Part shown: positions 1 through 10,986 of the stretch, piece after piece
Position numbering within the stretch: position 1 is the first letter of the stretch
Layout: the number at the start of each line of letters is the position of its first letter
Assembly (NCBI GenBank): GCA_013141385.1
Contig: JABFRB010000022.1
Location: 92,106-156,105, forward strand
DNA from: Bacteroidales bacterium
GTDB lineage: Bacteria > Bacteroidota > Bacteroidia > Bacteroidales > Tenuifilaceae
Length of the DNA stretch: 64,000 nt
Reading direction: 5' to 3'
Notes under the pieces: generated by a model
Seen by the model: the letters and a program-made list of their open reading frames with translations, nothing else
Told to the model about the DNA's origin: nothing
Databases searched by the model: none
Position numbers and translations under genes: made by a program

Positions 1-13
1 ATTAACTTTCCGC

Positions 14-1420
14 CTATTTCAACTCCAACTCTAACATCTGATTTAACGACTCCTCACTTATCCTTTTGGCTATTATTCTCTTATTTTTATCGAGTACATA
101 AATAACTGGAGTCTGATAAATATCAAACAATTTTCTAAAATTTGAATTCTGAGCAGGATCCCAAACATTAATCCAATTAAGCTGATTATTGGTCATATAT
201 TCAACAACTTCAGGTTGATTTCCTTGGGTGTAAACAGCATAAACCTCCAACCCTTTTCCTTTAAATTTATCGTATATTCTTTTTAGTTCCGGGGTAACTT
301 TCTTACAATGGCTACAACTAGAATCCCAAAAATAAACAACGGTTATCTTAGCTTTAATATCACTAATTTTTCTGGTAATTCCTGCCATATCAGGTAGCGA
401 TAGGTTTGGGCATTGGCTACCAATTAGGTTGGGTTTTAATGCCGTTACTCGTTCTTGAATCTTTTCAATCAACTTTTTATCTGTCCACCAAACCTGACCT
501 GATAAATAGTACTTTTCTGATAAGCTAACAAATACTGCATCAAAACCCATAATATTTGATGTAGAAAATTTGTTTACTAGATAAGGAAGTAAGTACTGAA
601 ATACCTCTTTATTAGCCTTAGATGTTTCGATTAATTTAATGGCTTCTGGGATAATGCTATCGGGCGTTGGAATTAAAACTCTATCGAAAAATGTATTTAT
701 TCGAGTTTCAAGAATAGGAGTACGTAAAAGTCTTGAATCTGTTACTGGAATATTATCAAAGAAATGTTCCTTATTAAACCGATAGCTCAATACCCATTTT
801 AACGAATCAACATTTTTAGTACCAGTTGGTATTATAAATTCAGGTATTTCAACATTCTTCATCGATTTTGCAATAAGAGAAAACAGTGTATTTGGATAAT
901 CTCTAATTATACCATCCCAATAGTCATTAACCTTCTTATCCAACGCTTTAACCTTCTCCTGTATGATTTTAACCGAATCGGGTTTTGCTGAAACCGTTTT
1001 AAACTTATCCTGATATTCTTTTGCCAAACTTTGCTGTTCAATCATAAAACGCTGATAATCGGCAAAAGCGCTATTCTCCTTTGAGTTAGTAAAAGTTAAC
1101 TTATCTACTAAATTCTTTAAAGATGTTTTAACCTCAAATAGCTGATTGTCACCAACAAGTATTTCAAAATAAGTTTTTGTAGGTAGAATTACTAAATAAA
1201 TTCCCTTTTTTAGAGCTGAGTCGCCCTGAAAAACTGCAATACCTTCGGAATTCATTTTAACTGTATCCTGAACAAATTTCTTCTCCCCATAATGGTAACC
1301 CAAAAGAATAGTTGAATCCTTAATCCCATCAATCTGGATTACAATTTTATGACCTTGAGCAAATAGATTACTGCAGATAGCTGTAATGCAGAGGGTTAAA
1401 ACGAAAGTAATTTTTCTCAT
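14..1420 (-). CDS. Thioredoxin-fold thiol-disulfide oxidoreductase lipoprotein (TlpA/AhpC-TSA-like C-terminal domain, N-terminal domain of unknown function)
   Basis: 468-aa ORF; lipoprotein-type signal peptide MRKITFVLTLCITAICSNLFAQ; C-terminal thioredoxin active-site motif VVYFWDSSCSHC (CxxC). Confidence 0.7.
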   Translation of the reverse strand: MRKITFVLTLCITAICSNLFAQGHKIVIQIDGIKDSTILLGYHYGEKKFVQDTVKMNSEGIAVFQGDSALKKGIYLVILPTKTYFEILVGDNQLFEVKTSLKNLVDKLTFTNSKENSAFADYQRFMIEQQSLAKEYQDKFKTVSAKPDSVKIIQEKVKALDKKVNDYWDGIIRDYPNTLFSLIAKSMKNVEIPEFIIPTGTKNVDSLKWVLSYRFNKEHFFDNIPVTDSRLLRTPILETRINTFFDRVLIPTPDSIIPEAIKLIETSKANKEVFQYLLPYLVNKFSTSNIMGFDAVFVSLSEKYYLSGQVWWTDKKLIEKIQERVTALKPNLIGSQCPNLSLPDMAGITRKISDIKAKITVVYFWDSSCSHCKKVTPELKRIYDKFKGKGLEVYAVYTQGNQPEVVEYMTNNQLNWINVWDPAQNSNFRKLFDIYQTPVIYVLDKNKRIIAKRISEESLNQMLELELK

Positions 1421-1598
1421 TGATTTGATATTTACTTAATTCCAATAAATATTATAGAATCAAAATGTATTCCAGAAAAAACAATCAAAAGTAGCAATAA
1501 AATTATTTGAATCTTTTAATCCTACGATGTCATTTCTTTCATTTTAATTAACAAATCTGGTTAAAAACTGTTAAATCACTATATCAAATAAAAATCAA

Positions 1599-3602
1599 AT
1601 GAGCATTTTTTCAAATAGGCTAGCATCCGAAACAAGTTCATATTTACTTCAACATGCAACTAATCCCGTTGATTGGTATCCTTGGGGTGATGAGGCTTTC
1701 AACAAAGCAAAACTTGAAAATAAACTTGTGCTTGTAAGTATTGGATATAGTAGCTGCCATTGGTGCCATGTTATGGAGCGTGAAGCCTTCTCAAATACTG
1801 AGGTTACAGAATTCATGAATAATAATTTTGTGAATATAAAGGTTGATAGGGAAGAAAGACCCGATATTGATCAAATATATATGAATGCGGTGCAAATTAT
1901 TAATCGAAATGGTGGATGGCCTTTGAACTGCTTTACTCTCCCAAATGGAAAGCCTGTTTTTGGTGGTACATATTTTTCAATTAAGGATTGGTTAGATGTA
2001 CTTAAAAATCTAAATAATACGTGGATTAATGATTCAAATCGAATTATTGATGTTGCTGAAGAATTATCACAAAGTGTTGGAGGTACAGAGGTGATTAGGT
2101 TTAAACGAGATATTGACACTTTTTCTACCGATGTGCTTAAAAATTACTCTAGCTCTCTAAAAAAACTTTTTGATACAAGAAATGGAGGCATTAAAGGGGC
2201 TCCTAAATTTCCTATGCCGGGTTTATTGGATTATCTTCTTGAGTATGCTTACCATTTGCCTGATAAAGAAATGCTTGATTATGTTTTTTTAACACTCAAT
2301 AAAATTGCATCAGGTGGTATTTATGATCATTTAGGAGGTGGTTTTTCTCGCTATACAGTTGACGAAAACTGGCATATTCCACATTTTGAGAAAATGTTAT
2401 ACGATAATGCCCAGCTGATTTCAATATACTCAAAGGCATACCGTATAAATCCAGACAAACATTACTTGGACGCTGTAAAGTATTCAATAGATTTTGTAAT
2501 CAACGAATTAAGAGCTCCCGAAGGGGGGTTCTATTCATCCTATGATGCCGATAGCGAAGGTCATGAAGGCACCTATTACATATGGACAAAGCAAGAACTC
2601 GAAGCAATTTTAAAAGAGGATGCAGAACTTTTCTCAGTCGCTTATGGAGTAACAGCTACTGGCAATTTTAATAAAAGTAATGTTCTCATTCAATCGGCAT
2701 CAAACGAGCAACTTGCAAGCATTTTTTCATTAGATATTCAAACCGTTGAACTGAAAATCTTGCAATCAAAACATAAACTTATTGAACATAGAAAACTCAG
2801 AGTTAAGCCTGCATTGGATGATAAAATTATTCTATCGTGGAATAGTTTAATGATTTCAGCACTTACCGAAGCGTATATTTCTTTTGGTGAAGCGAATTAT
2901 CTTGAAGCTGCTACTGGATGCGCTAATTACATTCAGGAATATCATTATTCTGATAATCAATTGAAACGAGTTTACTGTAAAGGTAAACTAGCAATTAATT
3001 GTCTGTTGGAAGATTATGCTCATCTTATAAAAGCATACGTATCAATTTACAAAATCACTCTGGATAAAAAATGGGTAAATAATGCTGAATCACTTTTGAC
3101 CACTGTAATTGAAAATTTTTACGATGAATCATCAGGTATGTTTTTTTATGCTTCAACAATTGAAAATAAACTAATTGCAAGAAAAATGGATTTAACCGAT
3201 GGTGTGACTCCATCATCAGGATCGATTATGGCTCAAGCGTTGTTTGAAATTGGTACAATACTTAAAAAGGATGAATACATCCTAATGTCGAATCAAATGC
3301 TTGCAAATATTAGTGACTCCCTAAATCATGGTGGACCTTACGTATTTGGTTGGGCTAAGCTTGTGCTTATGCAACAATTGTCTGCCATTCATCTAACTAT
3401 CAACCCTGACATACATAAATTTCAATTAAATCAAATACTTAGCAAAGTACTATGTTCAACAATATTTACTTCTGTTAGTTTATCATCCACACAATGCACT
3501 GAGACTGCTAACAATATTAAAATTTGTATTGGTAAATCGTGCTACCCAACATCATCGGACACTAATTACTATGTGGATTTAATAAACTCTACTAAAATTT
3601 AA
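1599..3602 (+). CDS. Thioredoxin-domain protein of the YyaL/DUF255 family (N-acylglucosamine-epimerase-like C-terminal region)
   Basis: 667-aa ORF; N-terminal [11 protein letters not shown] motif typical of DUF255/spermatogenesis-associated-protein-20-like proteins; long alpha-helical C-terminal region; last ~60 aa Cys/Ser-rich and atypical. Confidence 0.7.
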   Translation: MSIFSNRLASETSSYLLQHATNPVDWYPWGDEAFNKAKLENKLVLVSIGYSSCHWCHVMEREAFSNTEVTEFMNNNFVNIKVDREERPDIDQIYMNAVQIINRNGGWPLNCFTLPNGKPVFGGTYFSIKDWLDVLKNLNNTWINDSNRIIDVAEELSQSVGGTEVIRFKRDIDTFSTDVLKNYSSSLKKLFDTRNGGIKGAPKFPMPGLLDYLLEYAYHLPDKEMLDYVFLTLNKIASGGIYDHLGGGFSRYTVDENWHIPHFEKMLYDNAQLISIYSKAYRINPDKHYLDAVKYSIDFVINELRAPEGGFYSSYDADSEGHEGTYYIWTKQELEAILKEDAELFSVAYGVTATGNFNKSNVLIQSASNEQLASIFSLDIQTVELKILQSKHKLIEHRKLRVKPALDDKIILSWNSLMISALTEAYISFGEANYLEAATGCANYIQEYHYSDNQLKRVYCKGKLAINCLLEDYAHLIKAYVSIYKITLDKKWVNNAESLLTTVIENFYDESSGMFFYASTIENKLIARKMDLTDGVTPSSGSIMAQALFEIGTILKKDEYILMSNQMLANISDSLNHGGPYVFGWAKLVLMQQLSAIHLTINPDIHKFQLNQILSKVLCSTIFTSVSLSSTQCTETANNIKICIGKSCYPTSSDTNYYVDLINSTKI

Positions 3603-3672
3603 ATGGCAGATATTGAATGTTCTTTTTGGCTATTATAGCTATTTTTGAACTTCAATCATATGCTAATTCACC

Positions 3673-4509
3673 ATGGCAAACCACCTCAATTTAACCGAAA
3701 AATTTATTGCATTCAATGAATCAATTCTATCTGTGGTTGATTTTAACTATACATATTCTGACTCTGATAAAGTTATATATGAGGTGATTAGAGTTATTAA
3801 CTCTACCCCTATTTTCTTGGAACTTCATCTCGATAGGCTTTTCAATTCAATAAAGTTGATGGGTTTATATGCTCCTGAGAGAGGTGTTATTACAAGAAAA
3901 ATTACTGAACTACTTAAAGCAAACCCCGTTGCTGAGAACAATATTCGAATTTCATTAGTTTACAACTCGAATTCAAAACCAGATCTACTCATTTACTTTA
4001 TTCCCAGCACTTACCCAACCGAAAGTCAGAAAACAAATGGCATTAAAATTAAATTTCTAAATGCTAATAGAGATAATCCAAATGCCAAAATTGAAAATAT
4101 TAATCTTAGGGCCAACGCTAATGCCATTATTAAAGAAACTGGGTGCTATGATGTTCTCCTTATAAATAAAGATGGTTATATCACTGAGGGAAGTCGATCC
4201 AATGTTATCTTTATTAAAAATAATTACCTAATCAGCGCTCCTTTGAAAATGATCTTGAATGGAGTTACTCGTCAGGTAGTTGTAAATGCAGCGAAAGAGA
4301 TTGGAATACAAGTTAAAGAAGAATTAATTACTGCTGATGAAATTTCATCATTTGATGGTGCTATACTAACAGGTACCTCTCCCGGAATACTTCCAATTGC
4401 TTCAATTGATAACCATATATATAGAGTTGAATTACCTTTAATAATTTCTTTGACCAAGCAATATTATAATGCTGTTGCAAGGGACATTTCAAATTTTAAA
4501 GTTTCATAA
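3673..4509 (+). CDS. Class IV aminotransferase family protein (branched-chain/D-amino-acid aminotransferase or aminodeoxychorismate-lyase-like)
   Basis: 278-aa ORF with the fold-type IV PLP enzyme size and layout (…LTGTSPGILPIASID…); family-level call only. Confidence 0.5.
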   Translation: MANHLNLTEKFIAFNESILSVVDFNYTYSDSDKVIYEVIRVINSTPIFLELHLDRLFNSIKLMGLYAPERGVITRKITELLKANPVAENNIRISLVYNSNSKPDLLIYFIPSTYPTESQKTNGIKIKFLNANRDNPNAKIENINLRANANAIIKETGCYDVLLINKDGYITEGSRSNVIFIKNNYLISAPLKMILNGVTRQVVVNAAKEIGIQVKEELITADEISSFDGAILTGTSPGILPIASIDNHIYRVELPLIISLTKQYYNAVARDISNFKVS

Positions 4510-4510
4510 A

Positions 4511-5278
4511 ATGAACGTATCAATAATTCAATCCGATTTGTATTGGGAATCACCCTCGAAAAACAGGGAGATGTTCGATGAAAAAATTAGTACCATCGAA
4601 AGTAATATTGATTTGATTGTTCTACCTGAAATGTTTAGCACTGGTTTCTCGATGTCACCAGAAAACCTAGCAGAGAAATGGCCTGGCCCTTCGGTAAAAT
4701 GGATGCAAAGGGTTGCAATATCAAAGAAAGTTGCATTAACGGGTAGTTTGATTGTTGAGGATGACAATAAGTATTATAATCGTTTGGTATTTGTTCATCC
4801 CGATGGAAAACTGGAGCACTACGATAAACGCCACCTATTCCGAATGTCGGGCGAGCATAAATATTATGATATTGGAACAAGTCGCAAAATTGTAACCTAT
4901 AAAGATTTTAGAATTCTATTGCTTGTGTGCTACGACCTTCGTTTCCCAGTATGGAGCAGAAATCGTAACGATTACGATATGATTCTAATTGTAGCTAACT
5001 TCCCCGAAGCCCGTCGCAACGCGTGGAATACGTTGTTATCAGCACGAGCTATAGAAAACCAATGTTTTGTTGTGGCATGTAATAGAGTTGGAAAGGATGG
5101 AAACGAGGTTAACTATTCTGGTGATTCTCAAATTATCGACCCAAAAGGCAAAATATTGGTAAGTGCAAAACCTAACGAGAATCAGATAATAACATCAAAT
5201 ATCTCTATTCAAGAGGTTCTTGATTTTCGTACCTCATTTCCAGCGCATCTGGATGCTGATGATTTTATGATCAATTAA
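4511..5278 (+). CDS. Carbon-nitrogen hydrolase (nitrilase superfamily, omega-amidase-like)
   Basis: ATG at 4511 directly after upstream stop; E-K-C catalytic triad contexts LPEMF, HYDKRHLF, LLVCYDLRFP. Confidence 0.7.
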   Translation: MNVSIIQSDLYWESPSKNREMFDEKISTIESNIDLIVLPEMFSTGFSMSPENLAEKWPGPSVKWMQRVAISKKVALTGSLIVEDDNKYYNRLVFVHPDGKLEHYDKRHLFRMSGEHKYYDIGTSRKIVTYKDFRILLLVCYDLRFPVWSRNRNDYDMILIVANFPEARRNAWNTLLSARAIENQCFVVACNRVGKDGNEVNYSGDSQIIDPKGKILVSAKPNENQIITSNISIQEVLDFRTSFPAHLDADDFMIN

Positions 5279-5368
5279 GATCAAAAAATAAAATTCTACC
5301 TCTTCAATTTTAGATTTTAATATCTTCACAGCAAATTTTTCAAAAACTCATTTACTAATCAATAATAT

Positions 5369-6817
5369 ATGGGTTCAATATTTTCTAACCCCTACATTTG
5401 GGTTGTTCTCTCCTATTTTGCGTTAGTTATTGGTATCTCTTTTCTGACAAAAAAAATTGCTTCAAAATCATCATCTGAATATTTAATAGCAGGTCGAAAT
5501 CTGGGTGTTCTAGTTTGCGCAATTGTTGTAGCTGCTGAATGGCTTGGTGGATTAAGCACTATTGGCGTTAGCGAAAAAGCGTTTAACACAAAATCGTTAC
5601 AACCAATACTCTACAATATTTCTACAGCAATTGGAATGCTTATCCTTGGTTTTACACTTGCAAAGCATTATCGTCAGAATAAAGTACATACTGTTAGCGA
5701 AATGATAGAGAATATCTTTGGAAAGAAAGTCAGAACAATATCCGCTATCGCTTTTCTAATTGCCTTTATCACTCTTGCTTATGTAGAATTAACTACATTT
5801 TCGCATGTACTTGCACCAATCCTACATATCAACTGGGTTTGGGCAGTACTCCTAGGTTCGTTAATTACAACTATCTACATGTATATTGGTGGAATGCATG
5901 CCCTTACAATAGTTGCAATTATAAATCTGGTGGTTCGTTATATTGGCATCGGCATTGCACTTATTATTGGTATAATCGCAATTGGCGATATGTCTATTCT
6001 ATCAGAAAAGTTAGTGGCTGCTGGAGCTCCTCATAACTACTATAACCCATTCAGTGTAGGTTGGACAGCAGCATTCAGCTTAATCCTTGGAGGAATCTTA
6101 GGCGGAATGGCTGCTCAGGCAAGCATTCAACCCATATTTGCCGCAAAAAATCCAGTGACTGCAAAACGTGCCGCAATATTATCGGCATTATTCATCGCTC
6201 CCTTTGGTATAATGACCGCTTATCTAGGTCTTATGGCACGTAGCGGTATATTCATCGATCCATCCACAATTGCTGATGCTAAAGAGGTTCTCCCTACTCT
6301 TCTGATGACGCCTTCATTTATTCATCCTATACTAGGTGGTATTGCTCTGGCAGCAATACTTGCAGCAATACTATCAACTATAGGCCCTGTTAACTTTGCC
6401 ATAGTAACAATTGCTACAAAAGACATCTACCAAGGATTAATAAACAAAAATGCTTCAGATGAGAAAATATTCAAATTTGCACGTCGCCTTGTAATACTTG
6501 TTAACCTCATTACAGTTCCAATGGCTATTTTTATTCATGGAGCAGTTCTCGATGCAGGGTATATCTCGTATGCAATAAGAGCTATTGGCGCAATAGTTAT
6601 TCTATTAGGTATTTACAAGTTAAATTGGATATCTCAGCACGCTGTTCGATTTGCTTTCATCGGAGGAACATTAGCTATCCTATTTAGCCTTATTGCACGG
6701 AAAATGGGGTGGTTTGATATAGACAAAACCTATGCAAGTATTATTGCTACTATTTTTTTCATCGTAATTGGCAATATTTATTCGAATTATATAGCAAGAA
6801 AACAGAAGCAAATTTAA
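5369..6817 (+). CDS. Sodium:solute symporter family transporter
   Basis: 482-aa polytopic membrane protein (12-13 predicted TM helices) with the SSF-type layout. Confidence 0.6.
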   Translation: MGSIFSNPYIWVVLSYFALVIGISFLTKKIASKSSSEYLIAGRNLGVLVCAIVVAAEWLGGLSTIGVSEKAFNTKSLQPILYNISTAIGMLILGFTLAKHYRQNKVHTVSEMIENIFGKKVRTISAIAFLIAFITLAYVELTTFSHVLAPILHINWVWAVLLGSLITTIYMYIGGMHALTIVAIINLVVRYIGIGIALIIGIIAIGDMSILSEKLVAAGAPHNYYNPFSVGWTAAFSLILGGILGGMAAQASIQPIFAAKNPVTAKRAAILSALFIAPFGIMTAYLGLMARSGIFIDPSTIADAKEVLPTLLMTPSFIHPILGGIALAAILAAILSTIGPVNFAIVTIATKDIYQGLINKNASDEKIFKFARRLVILVNLITVPMAIFIHGAVLDAGYISYAIRAIGAIVILLGIYKLNWISQHAVRFAFIGGTLAILFSLIARKMGWFDIDKTYASIIATIFFIVIGNIYSNYIARKQKQI

Positions 6818-7012
6818 GTTTATTGTAATTATTAATATGTTAAAAAACAAGTCAAATTTTTCATTTTTACTTCAATCTTTCAATTTGTTCGTATTTAAAA
6901 AATATATAGTTTTACCGTGAAATTTAGAAATAATAGTTACTAAAGAAGCAATTGGTTTTTAACAAACAAATGAAAAGAAATTAAAAAACAATAAACTCTA
7001 AAATCAAAATTT

Positions 7013-8212
7013 ATGGCAAAAAGAACAATCGTAGCCATGCCCGGTGATGGCATTGGAAAAGTTGTATTAGATGAAACAATTCGTGTACTTGATGCAGCCG
7101 GTTTCGATGCTGAATATGTTAATGGTGATATCGGATGGGAATTTTGGTGTAAAGAAGGCAATCCCCTTCCTGATCGTACTATTAAATTACTTGAGCAACA
7201 CAAAATTGGTCTTTTTGGTGCAATTACTTCAAAACCAAAGGATAAAACCTTAGCTGAATTAGATCCTAAATTAAAAGATAAAGGATTCATATACTATAGT
7301 CCAATCGTGACCATGCGTCAAAAATTCGGTTTGGATATTTGTATGAGACCATGTATTACCCTACCCGGTAATCCATTGAATTTCGTTCGTCGCAACGCTA
7401 AAGGTGGAGTAGATGAGCCTGTTGTTGATTGTATGGTTTTTCGTCAAAATACCGAAGGTTTATACGGTGGTGTTGAATGGACAAATCCTAACGATCAGGT
7501 TTATGATACATTCATGACACATCCAAGATTCAAAGAGAATTTTGCTTGGTGTCCAAGACCAGAATTAGCTATCTCAACAAGAATTGTAACAAAGAAATAT
7601 TCCACAAGAATAATTAAAGCCGCTTTTGAATACGCTAAAAAACGTGGTTTTGATAAGATTACAGTTTGCGAGAAACCAAATGTTATTCGCGAAACATCTG
7701 GAATGATCCTAAAAATTGCTCAGGATATGAGTAAAAATGAGTATCCTAACATTTGGGTTGAAGATGTTAATATTGATGCAATGATGATGTGGTTGACCAA
7801 AAACCCAGAAAACTATCATGTAATTGTTTCTGAAAACATGTTCGGTGATATCGTTTCCGATGCATTTGCTGGTTTAATTGGCGGACTAGGTTTTGCAACT
7901 TCTGCCCAGTTTAACCCAGAAACTGGAGTTTGTGTTTTTGAACCAACTCACGGATCAGCTCCAAAATACGCTGAATTAAATCCAAGTATTGTAAATCCAA
8001 TTGCAATGGTTCTTTCAGCAGTTATGATGCTTGAGCATATTGGTGAAGATAAAATTGCTAACCGCATTAAAGATGCCGTTTTACAAGTAGTAGCAGAGGG
8101 TAAAGTAAAATGCTACGATATGATGAAAATGAGCGGTAAGCAAGAAGTTATAAATAACGGAGCTGCTTCAACAACACAAATGGCTGACGCAATTATAGCA
8201 AAACTTAAATAA
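7013..8212 (+). CDS. Isocitrate/3-isopropylmalate dehydrogenase family beta-decarboxylating dehydrogenase
   Basis: 399 aa; N-terminus MAKRTIVAMPGDGIGKVVL and C-terminal GSAPKYAELNPSIVNPIAMVLSAVMMLEH are hallmark IDH/IPMDH motifs. Confidence 0.75.
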   Translation: MAKRTIVAMPGDGIGKVVLDETIRVLDAAGFDAEYVNGDIGWEFWCKEGNPLPDRTIKLLEQHKIGLFGAITSKPKDKTLAELDPKLKDKGFIYYSPIVTMRQKFGLDICMRPCITLPGNPLNFVRRNAKGGVDEPVVDCMVFRQNTEGLYGGVEWTNPNDQVYDTFMTHPRFKENFAWCPRPELAISTRIVTKKYSTRIIKAAFEYAKKRGFDKITVCEKPNVIRETSGMILKIAQDMSKNEYPNIWVEDVNIDAMMMWLTKNPENYHVIVSENMFGDIVSDAFAGLIGGLGFATSAQFNPETGVCVFEPTHGSAPKYAELNPSIVNPIAMVLSAVMMLEHIGEDKIANRIKDAVLQVVAEGKVKCYDMMKMSGKQEVINNGAASTTQMADAIIAKLK

Positions 8213-8224
8213 ATTAATTTCTTA

Positions 8225-8267
8225 ATGGCCTTATCTTTCTTCCCTTGAAATTTAAGGCCATTTTTAT
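8225..8267 (+). terminator. Putative hairpin terminator after the dehydrogenase gene
   Basis: ATGGCCTTA…(19-nt loop)…TAAGGCCAT followed by TTTTAT. Confidence 0.3.
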
Positions 8268-8288
8268 AACCATTAATTAAGAAAAACT

Positions 8289-8864
8289 ATGATGAAGATA
8301 GAAATTGAATCAAAGTTCATTGAACAAGCCAAGCAATTATGGCCTGAACTTGAATGGATTAAAAATAGTGAGTTGAAAGAACAAACAACTCGTACATGGG
8401 CATTAGCTCTTCAAAAAAGTGTTTTAACTCCTGACGATTTAAACACTATTCCATTTACCCTTCTTTGTGGTCCAGATTTGAAGGTTACCTTCATGGGGCA
8501 TAAACGTGCAGTGGTTCATATTGCAAAAGATTGCGGTGATCAGATGAATAAATTCTTCAAAACTGATCTTCCTGTTAATATGGACGTACTCATTGCAGGT
8601 GCTATTCTTGCTGATGTTGGAAAACTTCTTGAGTACGAGATGAAAGATGGTAAATCAATTCAAGGTAGTTACGGTAAATATCTAAGACACCCATTTTCAG
8701 GCGTTTCTTTAGCCGAAATGTGCGATGTTCCACCAGCAGTTTGCCATATTATTGCTACTCACGCTGGTGAAGGCGATATGGTAAAGCGCACTACTGAGGC
8801 TTTTGTTGTTCATCATGCCGATTTTATGACCTTTGAGCCATTTAAGGATAGGTTGAAACTATAA
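8289..8864 (+). CDS. HD-domain-like protein (degenerate HD motif)
   Basis: 191 aa; LIAGAILADVGK resembles the HD-superfamily core xxxLLHDIGK but with AD in place of HD; H residues upstream (GHKRAVVHIAKD) and downstream (HIIATHAGEGD…VVHHADF). Confidence 0.4.
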   Translation: MMKIEIESKFIEQAKQLWPELEWIKNSELKEQTTRTWALALQKSVLTPDDLNTIPFTLLCGPDLKVTFMGHKRAVVHIAKDCGDQMNKFFKTDLPVNMDVLIAGAILADVGKLLEYEMKDGKSIQGSYGKYLRHPFSGVSLAEMCDVPPAVCHIIATHAGEGDMVKRTTEAFVVHHADFMTFEPFKDRLKL

Positions 8865-9062
8865 TCTTTGAATTGAATAACGAATGATGATTAACGATTT
8901 AAAATTTTTGAAGTTCTCAAGAAACAAACCTATTTACAAAGATCTTAAATCAAAATTCGTTAATCCTTGTTCTTAAATCAAAAAGTAGAGAAGACTCTTT
9001 GATAGATTTGAAAACAAATCTTGATTAGTCAAACTGAAAACGATAGATAAAATTCATCATCC

Positions 9063-10868
9063 ATGAACCTAATAGAGAAAATTATTGCCAATCATAGCAA
9101 CAAGAAAATTGTTTGCGCCGACGAAATCGTCGATATTCTAATTGATACCCGTGCAGCTCGTGACTTTGGCGGAGCAAACGTGGTTAAAAATCTTGTAAGC
9201 AACGGTTTAACTGTTAATGATCCTGCACGTACCTTTTTTACTTTCGATTGTAATCCCACAGGATCAGATCAGAAGTATGCTGCAAACCAGCAGTACTGCC
9301 GAATGTATGCAAGGGAGAATAATATCAAAGTATTTGATATTGATGCAGGAATTGGAACCCACCTTGCCATTGATGGCGGTCTTGCTTGGCCCGGTAGTAC
9401 TTTTGTTAGTACCGATTCTCACGCCAATATTATGGGTGCAATTGGTTCCTTCGGACAGGGAATGGGTGATCAGGATATTGCTGCTGCTTGGGCAAAAGGT
9501 TCGCTTTGGTTTAAGGTACCGCAATCAGTGAAACTGGTTTTTAAAGGAAAACGTCCAGCAAATATCTCAGCAAAGGACATCACACTAAATCTTCTGAAGA
9601 TTTTTGGCGCAAATAAACTCCTCGGTTTATCTGTTGAGTTTTATGGCGAAGCCATTGATGCGCTAACTCTTGATGAACGTATCACCATTGCCTCAATGGC
9701 AACTGAAATGGGTGCTATTATCTTCCTATTTCCAGCCAGCAAAGCAATTCACGAATACTGCGAAAAGAAAGTTGGAAAAAAACTAGAGATTCTTAAAGCA
9801 GATGATGACGCTAAATACGAGGATATCAAAGAGATCGACATAAGTAGTTTTGTGCCTATGCTTGCTCGTCCCGGGAAACCTCACGATAATTCTAGCGTTG
9901 CAAATGAAAAGGGTAAAAAAATTGATTCTGCCTTTATTGGTAGCTGTACCAATGGTCGTATGGAAGATTTGAGGGAAGCTGCCAAGATCTTAAAGGGCAG
10001 AAAAGTTGCACCTGGTGTAGTTCTTAAAATCGTTCCTTCCACCGATCCTATTTGGAAACAGGCTATGGACGAAGGTTTAATCCAAATCTTCAAAGATGCT
10101 GGTGCAATGGTTTCTAATGCAGGTTGTGCAGGTTGCGCAGCAGGCCAAGTTGGTCAGAATGGACCTAAAGAGGTAACTATCAGCACAGGTAACCGTAACT
10201 TCGAAGGAAAACAAGGAAGCGGTTTTGTTTACCTAGCATCTCCAAGTATTGTGGCTGCATCTGCCGTTGCAGGTTTTATTACCACACCTGATGAGATCCC
10301 TGCAAAACCTACCGAATTTGTAAAACCAGAGGTTACAGGATTTAAACTTGGAGTTAAGAAAGAAGCACAAAAAGATAAACCACTCGTTGTTGAAGGTCGT
10401 GTTTGGGTAATTCTTAAGGATGATATCGATACCGATATGATTTTCCACAACCGCTACCTTACCATCACCGATATTAAAGAGATGGGACAATACGCTTTCG
10501 ATAACCTAAAGGGTTATGAGGATTTTGCTAAAAAGGCACAGCCAAACGATATCGTAATTACTTCCAAGAATTTTGGTGCTGGTAGTTCACGTCAGCAAGC
10601 GGTTGATTGCTTTGCTTCATTGGGTATATCTTGCATAATTGCTGAATCTTATGGTGCGATTTACGAAAGAAATGCAATTAATGCAGCTTTTCCAATTCTC
10701 ACCTACAAACCCGGCTTAATTGAGTCTATTGATATTAAGGATGGTGATAAGATTCGGGTTGATATGGCAAACGGTAAGGTAACTAATTTAAAGAATAGCA
10801 AGACTTCTGATATCAATAAGTTTACCGATGTTCAGATTGAGATATATCGTAATGGGGGATTGTTGTAG
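9063..10868 (+). CDS. Aconitase-family dehydratase, fused LeuC-like large and LeuD-like small domains (3-isopropylmalate dehydratase/homoaconitase family), paralog 1
   Basis: 601 aa; N-terminal aconitase catalytic-domain motifs (…VSTDSHANIMGAIGSFGQGMG…, CTNGRMEDL, NAGCAGCAAGQVGQ) and C-terminal swivel/LeuD-like region (GRVWVILKDDIDTDMIFHNRYL…KNFGAGSSRQ). Confidence 0.75.
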   Translation: MNLIEKIIANHSNKKIVCADEIVDILIDTRAARDFGGANVVKNLVSNGLTVNDPARTFFTFDCNPTGSDQKYAANQQYCRMYARENNIKVFDIDAGIGTHLAIDGGLAWPGSTFVSTDSHANIMGAIGSFGQGMGDQDIAAAWAKGSLWFKVPQSVKLVFKGKRPANISAKDITLNLLKIFGANKLLGLSVEFYGEAIDALTLDERITIASMATEMGAIIFLFPASKAIHEYCEKKVGKKLEILKADDDAKYEDIKEIDISSFVPMLARPGKPHDNSSVANEKGKKIDSAFIGSCTNGRMEDLREAAKILKGRKVAPGVVLKIVPSTDPIWKQAMDEGLIQIFKDAGAMVSNAGCAGCAAGQVGQNGPKEVTISTGNRNFEGKQGSGFVYLASPSIVAASAVAGFITTPDEIPAKPTEFVKPEVTGFKLGVKKEAQKDKPLVVEGRVWVILKDDIDTDMIFHNRYLTITDIKEMGQYAFDNLKGYEDFAKKAQPNDIVITSKNFGAGSSRQQAVDCFASLGISCIIAESYGAIYERNAINAAFPILTYKPGLIESIDIKDGDKIRVDMANGKVTNLKNSKTSDINKFTDVQIEIYRNGGLL

Positions 10869-10986
10869 AGAAGACGCTAAGGTGCAAAGACGCAAAGTTA
10901 TTAATCTGTGATTATCTGTTAAGTCAGTGTCATCTACGTTCTATAGTTTTAAAATAGTATTTCAAAATCTTTAATAGATAAGATAT

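Noticed and set aside
1871-2119. Numerous 60-116-aa antisense or out-of-frame ORFs within larger genes (e.g. 1871-2119, 2296-2487, 4272-4457, 4528-4880, 5839-6243, 6940-7290, 9217-9531, 9881-10490, 10971-11192, 11732-11938, 12985-13245, 14396-14608, 15237-15419, 16823-17023, 18657-18869, 20505-20699, 21080-21331, 27909-28103, 33497-33790, 34036-34230, 36756-37209, 42227-42466, 44520-44866, 45206-45397, 46697-47024, 47762-48205, 49177-49392, 49770-50477, 52559-52795, 53489-54247, 56379-56576, 58387-58581, 59004-59219, 59468-59680, 60483-61277, 63635-63925)
   Set aside because: Each is fully embedded in, or antisense to, a longer ORF with clear family-level homology, or lies in repeat or intergenic DNA. 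None has independent support.
8865-9062. 200-bp leader before the first fused dehydratase gene as a riboswitch or attenuator
   Set aside because: No recognisable riboswitch consensus, T-box specifier/terminator pair or leader-peptide ORF could be identified by eye. Left unannotated.
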